Positions 11,158-21,133 of a stretch of DNA of 64,000 nt are shown one piece after another (the first letter of the stretch is position 1; every line of letters starts with the position of its first letter). The translations under genes and the position numbers were made by a program. Origin of the DNA: Candidatus Altimarinota bacterium (lineage in GTDB: Bacteria > Patescibacteriota > Gracilibacteria > UBA1369 > GCA-2718715); NCBI GenBank assembly GCA_041242255.1, contig JBESAV010000001.1:608001-672000 (forward strand). The letters are read 5' to 3'. Below the pieces are notes generated by a model. That model had not been told where the DNA came from. It ran no database searches and saw only the letters and a program-made list of their open reading frames with translations.

Positions 11158-14100
11158 AGCTAATCTTAGTAAACTTATTGATGTCACCGGCAAAGATTCC
11201 GTAACCAAGCCCAGCAACAGCTACTCCAGACCCAGCTTTAGCAGCTTTTGAAGTGACTTTTGATACCTTCGAAAGATCAGAAGCACTACTCAAAATCGAA
11301 CCAAGTTTCTCTAGTTTCTTAAAGTCACCAGCTTTAGTCAAAAGCTTGGCAGCACCACCAGCAGTTTTCGCTCCGAGCAAGAAATCTGTGGCAAGACTGG
11401 ATACTCCAAACGAAACCTTCTCTGCCATTAATTCATCATTCCCAACCTTATAAGCATCGTAACCTTCAGAAAGATCTTTATAAGTTCCCACAAATGGCAC
11501 AAGCCCCATTCCAAGACCAGTATATCCTTCTTTTTGAAAGCGAGCCATAAAAGTCATATTATTTTCAAATACATCAGCTGTTTGACGACCAAGCTCTATA
11601 CTCCCATCTGGATTCTCAACTATCTGAATCGTTCCAGCCGCAATATTCAAAACCTTACGAGAACCCCCTAGCCACCCTTTCTCAACTTCAACTTTATACT
11701 GAGCTTTTGGATATTTCTTTTGTAGGGCCTCAACTACTAGATCCAAGTTACCTTCAAACTTAGACTTATTCTTAAATATAAAATTCATAAACTCGTTATG
11801 GGCACTCAAGTACTCTCCTTTCATAGACCTCAAAGTTTCTGCTCTAACCCCATGATCTTCATCCAGTATTTTATTTAGATTCTTCTTACTCATAAGCTCA
11901 AGGATCTTATTTTCTACATCCACCACACCATCCAAGATTTCTCCTGGCACTTCTGAGGCATTTTCTTTTCGCTCAATGTCTTTATCTTTCTGATAAGCTT
12001 CATTCAAAGCCACAGCCCCACCAAAAGCAAGTGCTCCTGCTGCTCCCATCTTAGCCATTTTGGCACCCTTACTTAGTTTGGCGATCCTGTTTGCCTCAGC
12101 GGCCCTTTGAGCTCTTCGAATATCACCAAGTTTTTGACCAACTTTAGTTCCTTTCATATATGTAGAGGCTTCACGTATACTCTCGACGATCTTCAGATTC
12201 TTCATAGAGGAAACAGGTTGTAATGCAGCTAAGATCCTTTTTTCCACATCCAAAGCTATCTCAAAACTTCCCAAGATAGCCCTTAGTTGATCTCTATCAA
12301 TTTCCTTAAGAGATTTCAAACTTGCATAATTCTCTACACCCATAATCTTTACCATTTCATCAGACAATCCTCCAACTTCAATCTTCTCAATAAGTCCTTT
12401 TATGACTTTCGGATCAGTCACTCCATCAGGATATCTATTAAGTACATTACTTGAAAATATCTTCCCATCTCTTAGAGCAATAACCTCCCTTCTACTTTTC
12501 AGAATTAAATCCATACTTTCTTTAGCTTTTGAACTCAAGAGTTTCGACTTATGCTGAGCTAATTTAAGTCTACTCGAATCATTAATATTCCTCATACTTG
12601 AAACAAGCTCTCCATAACTAGATCTTTGCACCAATTTCTTAAATCCATCCGCCCTCAAGTTTTGAAACATCTCCCTAGCAGACATAGCAGTACTTACAGG
12701 CTTAGTAATAGGGTATGTCACCTTACTTGCAAGACTTTTACCTTTATCAATAAGACCTTTCTGGGCCACTCGTTCGTAGCCCACTACATGTTTGTAAGCA
12801 TTATCAATTACAACCTTCCCAAGTGCCTTTCCACTTCCAATCACTGTCATCACAGCCAGCCCACCTGCATATACTTTAGCGACATCCATCACATCATAGT
12901 CTTCATCCACAGCTGCTCTATAAACTTCTCCCCATACTGTATATGGCAACAAGATATACTCTGTTCCAATACTCAAGAAAAAGTTTTCTCCATCACTCAC
13001 TAGTACAGCTTCACCAGACTTCATTTTTTCATTTATAGCTCCACTCAATTCTTCAGGACTTCCAGTTAAAAATTCTCCAGCACGCCCTAAAAGTTCTCGC
13101 ATTTTTTGCATATATGCATCTCCCAAACTGTATCCCTCTCCTAAGGTTGCAAGAAAATCTATAGTATTCATATCAGAATACATCTTCAACCCAGGTGCTA
13201 GTAATTCTTTATCAGCCTGGCTGAGCTCAGAGTTTAAACCAATTTTTCTGGTTACAATACTTTCTTCAGGATTAATAGGTTTGTATACAAGGTTCAAATA
13301 GTTGTCACTGATCACAATCTCATATCTACTAATTTCTTTAAACTTATTAAATGCTTCAATCTTTTCTTTACTAACCTCACCTAGCTCATCTTGTCTAGAT
13401 TCACTCAAGAGCTCATAAGTTACTTTGCTAAACTCTTTTGCTCCATCTTCCCCCATCATTTTCTCTAAATATTCTGAGTGTTCTTTGCTTAGCACCTCTG
13501 ACTCCAAAAGCTTAATCCCTTTAAAATTCTCATATTTCACCTTTTGCTTAGGTGTTTGCCCCACCACATCCAATGTTGACTTAGCCACATTGGTCAGAGT
13601 GATGCTTTCCAAAATCTCATCTAAGCTTTTCTCTAGTTTCTCTTCGGACTTCATAACTCCCATAGCCTGCTCAAATTCACCCTTACTAATAGTCATACCT
13701 TGCACTAACTCTTTGTACATAGGGTTAGTTGATATAACTTTATTAAATTCTTCATAATCTTTCGGAAGGGGAGTGTTATATAAAACCTTCTCACCAATCT
13801 CATCCCATCTAGTGTTTTGCTGCATCAATCTTCCTCCAACCAAAAGCAAGATAACCTTTTTAGGATTATTCTTTGCATATTTTAGAGGCGCTAAACCAGT
13901 AGTCAGCATAAGCTTACCTGTCATTCCCACCGCATTTAGACCCTTGGTTGGTCCCATTTTGTAAGCCATGTAAGCTGCAACAGTAGACGACATAGCTGGA
14001 TTATCTCGCAAGATAGCTATTGTTTCTTTAGAATAAGTTTTCACTTTTTTAGTAAATTTTCCAGCAGTTACTCCAAGCTTCTCTCCAGTAAAAGGCCATT

Positions 14101-14764
14101 CCTTATACATCTCCCCAGACTCAATTTTCTTATCAATTTTTTTCTCATATTTCTCTCCACTCACAGTTTCAACAAGATTATCCCTTATATCAGTCCAGTT
14201 CTTTCTTTTAGCCAAAAGCTCCAGAAGGTTCTTATGAACTAATTCTCCTTCATCCACACCCGCACTCCTCAAGATATCTTTCCACCACACTAACTTAGCT
14301 TTTTCATCTTCAGGCATCTCAGCAGCTTTGATGGCATTCTTAACCAAATAATCCTTCACCTTCACCGCAGAAGCCAACATCGATCCAGCCAAAGGAATCT
14401 TCTTCAAATCATCCGGAATACCATCTATAACTCCTTTTACTTGATCAACAGCAGTCTTAGACACTTCCATCACATTTTCTTTTGCTGCAGTAACATTTTT
14501 CTTAGCTTCATCCAACTCATACATGAATTCACTAATCTTTTCCCCAAAAAGCCTACTACTAAGATACTTAATACCTGCATAGGGATTTTCAAAAAAATCT
14601 TTAACCTTATCAAAAAAACTCAACTTCCATTCCTTGGTCTTACGATCTGCAATCTCTACCAATGAACCTTTTTCAGCTACAAAATCCTTTTCTATTGCTT
14701 CAAAAAAGTTCTCCCGCTCTTGAGTAACACTCTCATTTTTTACTTCAATATTTCTGGCAGCCAT
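11150..14764 (-). CDS. Large hypothetical helical protein with C-terminal pre-toxin-TG-like segment
   Basis: 1204-aa ORF; several Gly/Ala-rich hydrophobic helices; GLVPFVGTYKD motif near the C-terminus. Confidence 0.7.
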   Translation of the reverse strand: MAARNIEVKNESVTQERENFFEAIEKDFVAEKGSLVEIADRKTKEWKLSFFDKVKDFFENPYAGIKYLSSRLFGEKISEFMYELDEAKKNVTAAKENVMEVSKTAVDQVKGVIDGIPDDLKKIPLAGSMLASAVKVKDYLVKNAIKAAEMPEDEKAKLVWWKDILRSAGVDEGELVHKNLLELLAKRKNWTDIRDNLVETVSGEKYEKKIDKKIESGEMYKEWPFTGEKLGVTAGKFTKKVKTYSKETIAILRDNPAMSSTVAAYMAYKMGPTKGLNAVGMTGKLMLTTGLAPLKYAKNNPKKVILLLVGGRLMQQNTRWDEIGEKVLYNTPLPKDYEEFNKVISTNPMYKELVQGMTISKGEFEQAMGVMKSEEKLEKSLDEILESITLTNVAKSTLDVVGQTPKQKVKYENFKGIKLLESEVLSKEHSEYLEKMMGEDGAKEFSKVTYELLSESRQDELGEVSKEKIEAFNKFKEISRYEIVISDNYLNLVYKPINPEESIVTRKIGLNSELSQADKELLAPGLKMYSDMNTIDFLATLGEGYSLGDAYMQKMRELLGRAGEFLTGSPEELSGAINEKMKSGEAVLVSDGENFFLSIGTEYILLPYTVWGEVYRAAVDEDYDVMDVAKVYAGGLAVMTVIGSGKALGKVVIDNAYKHVVGYERVAQKGLIDKGKSLASKVTYPITKPVSTAMSAREMFQNLRADGFKKLVQRSSYGELVSSMRNINDSSRLKLAQHKSKLLSSKAKESMDLILKSRREVIALRDGKIFSSNVLNRYPDGVTDPKVIKGLIEKIEVGGLSDEMVKIMGVENYASLKSLKEIDRDQLRAILGSFEIALDVEKRILAALQPVSSMKNLKIVESIREASTYMKGTKVGQKLGDIRRAQRAAEANRIAKLSKGAKMAKMGAAGALAFGGAVALNEAYQKDKDIERKENASEVPGEILDGVVDVENKILELMSKKNLNKILDEDHGVRAETLRSMKGEYLSAHNEFMNFIFKNKSKFEGNLDLVVEALQKKYPKAQYKVEVEKGWLGGSRKVLNIAAGTIQIVENPDGSIELGRQTADVFENNMTFMARFQKEGYTGLGMGLVPFVGTYKDLSEGYDAYKVGNDELMAEKVSFGVSSLATDFLLGAKTAGGAAKLLTKAGDFKKLEKLGSILSSASDLSKVSKVTSKAAKAGSGVAVAGLGYGIFAGDINKFTKISYE

Positions 14765-14908
14765 TCATATAATTTATTTATCATATAATTATACAATAAA
14801 TAGCTGATTAAATAAACACTAACATGCATCGATTAGTATAAATCTATAGATAAGATTTCGCATCTGTAACCGAAGCATATATAATCAAGCAAAATCTAAC
14901 ACAATACT

Positions 14909-17542
14909 ATGAAATTAAAGTCTTATTTAAGTTTAATCATAGCAGTACTGGCTATGACTACTTCCTTGGCTTTAGCAGCCATCTCAGCAAACTATCCATT
15001 TGATGTTGCCGTAAACTACGTTATATCCAATGATGACCTTATTGTGGTTTCTGGTGGTACAGCTGACTCGCAGATCGTTGATGAGTATCAGGTAAATGAT
15101 ACTACTGCCAGTTTTCAAACCCCACAATCTGCTACCCTCTTAACTGATGGTAATAATTTTGTAACTTATACGAGCGGTGGAGATATATATGCAAAAGTGA
15201 TAAATCAAGATGGTGAAACAATTGTTGCAGAAACCATAGTTAACTCAGTAACAAATGCCACCCAGTTCGAAGCAAACTCATCCCTGATTACCACAGATAG
15301 CGGAGACGACATTGTTCTAGTTACTTGGACATCTTTTGATACCGCAACTGATACTTCTTTCGCTGGTGATACCCAGGATACTACTTTAAATCACATTGCT
15401 GCTAGAGGTTTTAGGTATGATGGAACATCACTAGCCGAAGAAATAGCTGAGTTTCAAGTTAATGAAAACGTTGACTCACTACAAAATGAGTCAAGCTCTA
15501 CATCTTATAATGACGGAGCAAATGATAAAATTCTAATCACATGGCACAGTGCTGATGACGCTCTAGAAGCAAATAATGGAAGTACAAATATCGCCGCTCG
15601 TACTTTTGATATCGATGGAACAAATCCCGGAACAGAATTTTTAGTAAATTCAATTTCAATCAATGACGAATACTATCCAGAAGTTCAAACTTTAGACAAT
15701 GGAGATGTAGCTTTTACGTACCAAACTAGTATTAACATTGCCATAAAAATCCTAGACAACGGAGACTTAAATGGAGCACCAGCACTAGCACAAACTATAG
15801 TAAATACGACAGCAACAGCCACAGATGCATACCCACAATTCGAACAAACATATGATGGCAATCTATTCATCACTTGGATTATGGAAGATGATGGTGACAT
15901 TGATGGTATAGCTAGAAGTGTATATCAAACAGATGGAACACAAGTAGCAGCAGAAGCTGTAGTTAATACACAAACTGACAGTGTTCAGGAGGCTCATTCA
16001 ACTGCACTATTAAATGATCCTAGTAATCCTGGTCAAGATATAGTGTTTATTGCTTACTACACTGAGTCTTCAACTTACAATGGAGGAACAGATTCCGAAA
16101 TAGTCGGTAAAGTATATAACCCAGATGGGTCAGCCTCTTCAGGTGAAGTCTTAATAAACCAAAACCTAACTAATTTCCAATACAGCCCAGTAGTTTCTCC
16201 AACCAATGATGGAGTAGTCCTAGTATTATGGGAGTCAGAGGATGTTGCCGCAGTCGTTGATGGTGATGGCTCTTATGTTGCAGCGATACCTCTAGGCGAT
16301 GAAGTAAATAACGTATATCCAACTACCAACCCTTACATTCAACCAGTAACAGCATATTCATACTCAGAACCATTAAGAGCCTTCATCGAAACTGAACTAG
16401 CCCTTGAAAATAGCGGTACAAATTATCAAATCTCAGATGATGCTGGTACGACTTGGTACTACTATGACGGATTTAACTGGGTGACAACTGAAGAGTTAGA
16501 CTCAGAGTTTAACTCAGCTTCAACAGTAACTACAAACATCTCAGACTTTACATCCAATGGTACATTCTTATGGAGAGCCTATATAAACTCAGATGATGCA
16601 GTAAGATTCGGTAATGCTGCTACTTCATTAGACAATATTGAAATTCAAGAAAATGAAGCTCCAGTTATCACTTCCGAAGCAGGTCAAGACACTGTAAACA
16701 AAACTTTAAATCCTGGAGATACAGAAGTATCAACTCTTGAATACACCACTGACTCACTTGCTAGTATGGTGTCCGAAGATCTATCTGGTGCAGATGCAGC
16801 ACTATTCCAGTTAGCAAGTGGTGGTCTGCTAAACCCTGATCCAGTACTTTCTTTCTTATCAGCAAGTCCAGCTGCAGATGCCAATGCTGATGGAACTTAT
16901 GAAGTTACGATCACTGTTACAGATGATGTAGGTTCAACAGACACCCAAAGCTTTTTGATATCTTTCGCATCAAGCGGAGGTAGTTCATCTGGAGGTGGGT
17001 CAGCTTCATCAAATGTTGACACTTCAAGCCCATTCGCAAACCAGACATCAACACCAAGTAATCCATCTTCGCCACAAGAACAAGCCGATGTTTGTGATAA
17101 AGAAGAAATGCTTAAAGACATCAATAAATTCAAAGACTTCGACAAAGAAATATCTAGATATGAAGCTGTTAAATACGTACTTCTAATTAACTGTATTGGT
17201 CTAGACGAGTTGCCAGCAGACGGAAGCTATCCTTTCTCAGATATCAATACATCTGAAGAAAACTTAGCTAGAGTCCTTTACACTGCCTTCAACCGCGGAA
17301 TAATCTACGGATACCCAGATGGAGAATTCAAGCCAAACAGAACTATCAATTACGTTGAACTTCTAGCTATTAACTCAAGAGCTCAAGGTCTTGCCGATGA
17401 CAATTCAGTAGGGGAGAACTGGTTCCAAAGTTACCTCTCACTAAGAATAACAATCGAGCTAGCAATTAGTGGGGTAGGTTACGAAGACCCAATCCTAGGT
17501 AGAAACTTCTATGTAATTACTAAATCTTTCTTAGAAAGTTAA
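14909..17542 (+). CDS. Secreted surface protein with beta-rich repeats, cadherin-like domain and C-terminal SLH module
   Basis: Signal peptide; recurring EFxVN...Q..P repeats; NEAPVIT...DADGTYEVTITVTD; GS linker; GIIYGYPDGEFKPNRTIN SLH. Confidence 0.8.
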   Translation: MKLKSYLSLIIAVLAMTTSLALAAISANYPFDVAVNYVISNDDLIVVSGGTADSQIVDEYQVNDTTASFQTPQSATLLTDGNNFVTYTSGGDIYAKVINQDGETIVAETIVNSVTNATQFEANSSLITTDSGDDIVLVTWTSFDTATDTSFAGDTQDTTLNHIAARGFRYDGTSLAEEIAEFQVNENVDSLQNESSSTSYNDGANDKILITWHSADDALEANNGSTNIAARTFDIDGTNPGTEFLVNSISINDEYYPEVQTLDNGDVAFTYQTSINIAIKILDNGDLNGAPALAQTIVNTTATATDAYPQFEQTYDGNLFITWIMEDDGDIDGIARSVYQTDGTQVAAEAVVNTQTDSVQEAHSTALLNDPSNPGQDIVFIAYYTESSTYNGGTDSEIVGKVYNPDGSASSGEVLINQNLTNFQYSPVVSPTNDGVVLVLWESEDVAAVVDGDGSYVAAIPLGDEVNNVYPTTNPYIQPVTAYSYSEPLRAFIETELALENSGTNYQISDDAGTTWYYYDGFNWVTTEELDSEFNSASTVTTNISDFTSNGTFLWRAYINSDDAVRFGNAATSLDNIEIQENEAPVITSEAGQDTVNKTLNPGDTEVSTLEYTTDSLASMVSEDLSGADAALFQLASGGLLNPDPVLSFLSASPAADANADGTYEVTITVTDDVGSTDTQSFLISFASSGGSSSGGGSASSNVDTSSPFANQTSTPSNPSSPQEQADVCDKEEMLKDINKFKDFDKEISRYEAVKYVLLINCIGLDELPADGSYPFSDINTSEENLARVLYTAFNRGIIYGYPDGEFKPNRTINYVELLAINSRAQGLADDNSVGENWFQSYLSLRITIELAISGVGYEDPILGRNFYVITKSFLES

Positions 17543-17560
17543 TCCTAAACTACACACAAC

Positions 17561-17597
17561 AAAAAAGCTTATCTTCACAAAAAAGGTAAGCTTTTTT
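17561..17597. terminator. Bidirectional intrinsic terminator
   Basis: AAAAAAGCTTATCTT...AAGGTAAGCTTTTTT between convergent genes. Confidence 0.7.
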
Positions 17598-18066
17598 AGG
17601 TACCTATTACAAAACCAGTTTTATCATGATCTCGAGCATAGTCATTCAGGATCTTATAAAGTTTCCATACTGAGTCCAAGTTTTTGATAACTATAGACGT
17701 ATTAATTGTCGGCGCACTAATCTTAAGATCTCCATATTTCAAGTATCTTCCAACTATACTTTGGCTAACTTCAATTTCCTGAATGTATTCCATCGAAAAA
17801 CTTTTTTTCTGTTGAAACAAGAACCCTTTATTTATCTCAAGAATATTATCTTTTACCTTAACAACATTGAAATGCCATAAAATACAAAGCCAACTCATCC
17901 CAATAGCCATAGTTCCTAAAAAGAAAAAGATCCCTGTCAAATCAGTCCCTGCATTTAGGAGGTAGGAAACTATTCCCAAAACTACAGCAAGTTTCATAAA
18001 ATCTCCCAAAAGACTAAACACACTTTTCCTAAACTTCAACGACGTTCTTATCTTAACTTCAGTCAC
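17596..18066 (-). CDS. Bacterial PH (bPH_2/YdbS-like) membrane protein
   Basis: Two TM helices then KGFL...IQEIEVSQSIVGRYLKYGDLKI. Confidence 0.8.
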   Translation of the reverse strand: MTEVKIRTSLKFRKSVFSLLGDFMKLAVVLGIVSYLLNAGTDLTGIFFFLGTMAIGMSWLCILWHFNVVKVKDNILEINKGFLFQQKKSFSMEYIQEIEVSQSIVGRYLKYGDLKISAPTINTSIVIKNLDSVWKLYKILNDYARDHDKTGFVIGT

Positions 18067-18117
18067 AATCTAAATTTAAACTACCAAAATTGTAACTGAT
18101 TTAATTAAAACCCACAA

Positions 18118-18663
18118 TCATCTATATAGATCCAAATAGTTAGCCACCAGCCTTCTATTCGTATTCCAGCTATACGTAAAGTCAGAAGTAGTCTCTAAGG
18201 AATTAAAATCCTCTAGATCCATTCTCTCATCAATCTGTGCGATAGAAACATTAAAATCACGTTCTTTTTTTCCTTGTAGTTCCAAATAGAAATCGTATTT
18301 TTTACCATCAATAAATCTAGACAGCTCTCCAGTTTTAAACTCTTCCAAGTCTCCAGCATGATAACAAATACTCAACTGACCCATGCTCACAACTCTAATT
18401 CCGTTAACAGTCGTATACTTTAGTCTTAACCTAATCGACATACCAAGTGCCGTAAAAATAACATAAGAAAGAGCCAACTTATTAAAGCACATAACAAATA
18501 TCAAACCAGTTATCAAAGTACTATCAATCATTATTATTTCAGATTCTTTTACAATTTCTTCATTTTGTCTTCTTTTTTCAGCTTTTTCACGATTAGCATT
18601 TTTACGTATCTCTAGCTGATCTTGATCTGGCTCATGACTTAAAAGCTTCCTTTCTACAACCAT
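18118..18663 (-). CDS. Hypothetical protein with hydrophobic segment
   Basis: 181-aa ORF with TTGCCA-17-TAAATT promoter. Confidence 0.65.
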   Translation of the reverse strand: MVVERKLLSHEPDQDQLEIRKNANREKAEKRRQNEEIVKESEIIMIDSTLITGLIFVMCFNKLALSYVIFTALGMSIRLRLKYTTVNGIRVVSMGQLSICYHAGDLEEFKTGELSRFIDGKKYDFYLELQGKKERDFNVSIAQIDERMDLEDFNSLETTSDFTYSWNTNRRLVANYLDLYR

Positions 18664-18715
18664 ATAATTCTTATTAACTCACTAAATTTACAAAACAAAT
18701 CCCTTTTTGGCAAGC
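18641..18715. repeat. 75-bp direct repeat, copy 1 (left of ABC-F cassette)
   Basis: Identical to 20494-20568. Confidence 0.95.
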
Positions 18716-18721
18716 AAGCCG

Positions 18722-18960
18722 TTGACAAAAGTAGAATCTGTAAGTAGTATTTGAACATATAAACACAAACATGACAAACGTCCTAGAATTATATATATCA
18801 AAAACAACCAACCAAGCGTATTTAGCATGGAAGTCTAGGTCGTGTAGTCTTTGTCGAACTGTTGCTCATTTACAAGTGTAAATGAGGGTAATAAAACAAA
18901 GGTTTTATCATCTCTTTCACGCTTGTTAAACATTTACACCGTACTATAGGTGTTTTTATT
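18722..18960 (+). promoter_or_regulatory. Promoter and attenuator-like leader of the ABC-F gene
   Basis: TTGACA-17-TAGTAT; uORF 18771-18881; hairpin CTCATTTAC/GTAAATGAG; ACACC..GGTGT plus T-tract before the ATG. Confidence 0.6.
18771..18881 (+). CDS. Putative 36-aa leader peptide (uORF)
   Basis: MTNVLELYISKTTNQAYLAWKSRSCSLCRTVAHLQV; stop codon lies inside a hairpin. Confidence 0.45.
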   Translation: MTNVLELYISKTTNQAYLAWKSRSCSLCRTVAHLQV

Positions 18961-18980
18961 TATATGAGTAACTAAACAAG

Positions 18981-20423
18981 ATGTTAATTATCAAAAATTT
19001 AAACCTTAAAGTCCTAGACAACCACAAGGAAACCTTAATCAAAGAGGTGAATTTATCCTTAGATTCTAGTTCAAAGTCTAAGGTAGCCCTCATCGGAGAA
19101 AATGGCTCAGGAAAATCAACTCTCTTAAAAGCAATTTATAATAATCTAAACAGTTGTATAAATATTCAAAATGAAAAGATATTATACTTAGAACAAACAA
19201 AAAAATTTCCAGAAAATCAACTTTTTGGCGAGATTCTTGAACAGCACATTGATATTAATTCAGAATATTACAAAATTGATATAATTTTAGACGAATTTTC
19301 TCTTCAAGAAGATATAGTACTGAAGCCCGTGAAACATCTAAGTGGAGGAGAGCTTCTTAAACTACAGCTTGCTGAGCTAATGATTCAAGACCCTACTATA
19401 CTTTTATTAGACGAACCTACAAATCATTTAGATCAAGATGCAAAAATATTTTTATCAAATTTTATTAAAAATTTTACAGGTTCAATTCTACTAGTAACTC
19501 ACGATAGGGAATTTATTCAAAACACAACAAATCAAATTTGGGATATTGACCCTGTGACTAAGACTCTTCATAAGTTTACAGGCACTTTTAAAGATTGGCG
19601 TATTCAAAAAGCAAACAAAATACAAAAATCTAATCATATGCATAATAGTATTCAATCTGAGATTCAAAGCATTCAGAGTTGGTTAACTGCAAATCAATCA
19701 CATCCAAAGTACAGATTTAGCGCCATTGTAAAAACAAAAAAACAAAAAATTGAAAAGCTTAAGGCAAAATTAGATGATATTCAAAAATATAAAGATAAAA
19801 AAATAACTCTTACAAAAAATTCAAATCTAACTTATAAACAAAACCTACTTATCTCATACGAGTTCATAGAGCATCCTTTGTACGGTAATTTAAAAGGTAA
19901 AATTTACAACCAAGACCAAATTTTACTTACAGGTAAAAATGGTTCCGGGAAATCAACACTTTTAAAGTATTTATCAAATCCAGTTAATATCCAATCAGTT
20001 TATCCAATTAAAAATCCTAAAACTAGAGTTAACATATTTCATAATAAAGAATTAAAAATATTTACTTTGAGTCAGTCTTCAAAGCTTCCACAAAGTAAAA
20101 CTGTATATGAAATATTAGTAAGCAATAACAAGTTTAATCACACAAAGGTTTTCCAATCTATGGCAGATTTACGCCTAAAACATTTATTAAAGCATAAATT
20201 ATCTGATCTTAGTGGAGGAGAACAAAAAAGAGTTGAGTTAGCAATTTTAAGTGCTCATCAACCTGACATGATTTTACTGGATGAACCAACAAATCATTTG
20301 GATATCTATACGCAGGAACAAATTCAAAATTTCCTTAAAGACACACAAGTAACTTTTATTATAGCTTCTCACGACAATTTCTTGATAGACAATCTGAATT
20401 TCAAAAAATACATTCAATTGTAA
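18981..20423 (+). CDS. ABC-F family ATP-binding protein (ribosome-associated, possibly ARE-type)
   Basis: Two ABC domains (GENGSGKST, GKNGSGKST; LSGGE; LLDEPTNHLD twice), helical linker, no TM segments. Confidence 0.9.
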   Translation: MLIIKNLNLKVLDNHKETLIKEVNLSLDSSSKSKVALIGENGSGKSTLLKAIYNNLNSCINIQNEKILYLEQTKKFPENQLFGEILEQHIDINSEYYKIDIILDEFSLQEDIVLKPVKHLSGGELLKLQLAELMIQDPTILLLDEPTNHLDQDAKIFLSNFIKNFTGSILLVTHDREFIQNTTNQIWDIDPVTKTLHKFTGTFKDWRIQKANKIQKSNHMHNSIQSEIQSIQSWLTANQSHPKYRFSAIVKTKKQKIEKLKAKLDDIQKYKDKKITLTKNSNLTYKQNLLISYEFIEHPLYGNLKGKIYNQDQILLTGKNGSGKSTLLKYLSNPVNIQSVYPIKNPKTRVNIFHNKELKIFTLSQSSKLPQSKTVYEILVSNNKFNHTKVFQSMADLRLKHLLKHKLSDLSGGEQKRVELAILSAHQPDMILLDEPTNHLDIYTQEQIQNFLKDTQVTFIIASHDNFLIDNLNFKKYIQL

Positions 20424-20436
20424 GAATTATTAATAC

Positions 20437-20464
20437 AAAAGATCGCCTTTTGGGTGATCTTTTT
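20437..20464 (+). terminator. Intrinsic terminator of the ABC-F gene
   Basis: AAAAGATCGCC-TTTTG-GGTGATCTTTTT. Confidence 0.75.
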
Positions 20465-20493
20465 GTAATGATTCATGTAGACCTATTTAACTC

Positions 20494-20568
20494 AAAAGCT
20501 TCCTTTCTACAACCATATAATTCTTATTAACTCACTAAATTTACAAAACAAATCCCTTTTTGGCAAGC
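20494..20568. repeat. 75-bp direct repeat, copy 2 (right of ABC-F cassette)
   Basis: Identical to 18641-18715. Confidence 0.95.
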
Positions 20569-20681
20569 TGACCCATCTAAACCAAGAAAACAATCCCATA
20601 CTTAGCCAAACTATATTCATCAAAAAAACTTGTTTGGACAAATATTTACAAATATTGTTGATACGAATTTAAGACAATTCA

Positions 20682-21086
20682 ATGTCCATACTAAAATTTG
20701 AAAACGCAACTAAATATCCATCTAAATATCCAGAGATTGAAGCTGTAAGTTTGGGAGAACCTATTTTCTCATCTCGCTCAGAAGAAATACAAGCAAAACT
20801 CTTAGGTGTCCTTATAAAAGACCTTAAGGCATTATACCCTGACAAAAATCCTGAACCGACCAATATAAATACTCAAGATCCAGAAAGTGACTCTACAGTT
20901 TTTTATGGTATAAAATCTGAAACAAATAATGATTCAAATTACGAGACAACAATAAGCTTTGACCATAAAGAAGACCCTCACAACCCAGGGCAGCAAATCT
21001 ACCGCACTTTAACAGCAACATTCAAGTCTAACCAAATTACCTCTCTAGGAGTATCTTGGTCCTGGGAGCCAAACCTAAAAGCCTAA
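20682..21086 (+). CDS. Hypothetical protein
   Basis: 134-aa ORF followed by a terminator. Confidence 0.65.
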   Translation: MSILKFENATKYPSKYPEIEAVSLGEPIFSSRSEEIQAKLLGVLIKDLKALYPDKNPEPTNINTQDPESDSTVFYGIKSETNNDSNYETTISFDHKEDPHNPGQQIYRTLTATFKSNQITSLGVSWSWEPNLKA

Positions 21087-21118
21087 AAAAAGACCACCAT
21101 TCCAAGGTGGTCTTTTTT
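21085..21118. terminator. Bidirectional intrinsic terminator
   Basis: A-tract AGACCACC-loop-GGTGGTCT T-tract. Confidence 0.85.
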
Positions 21119-21133
21119 ATGATTAATTTGAAA

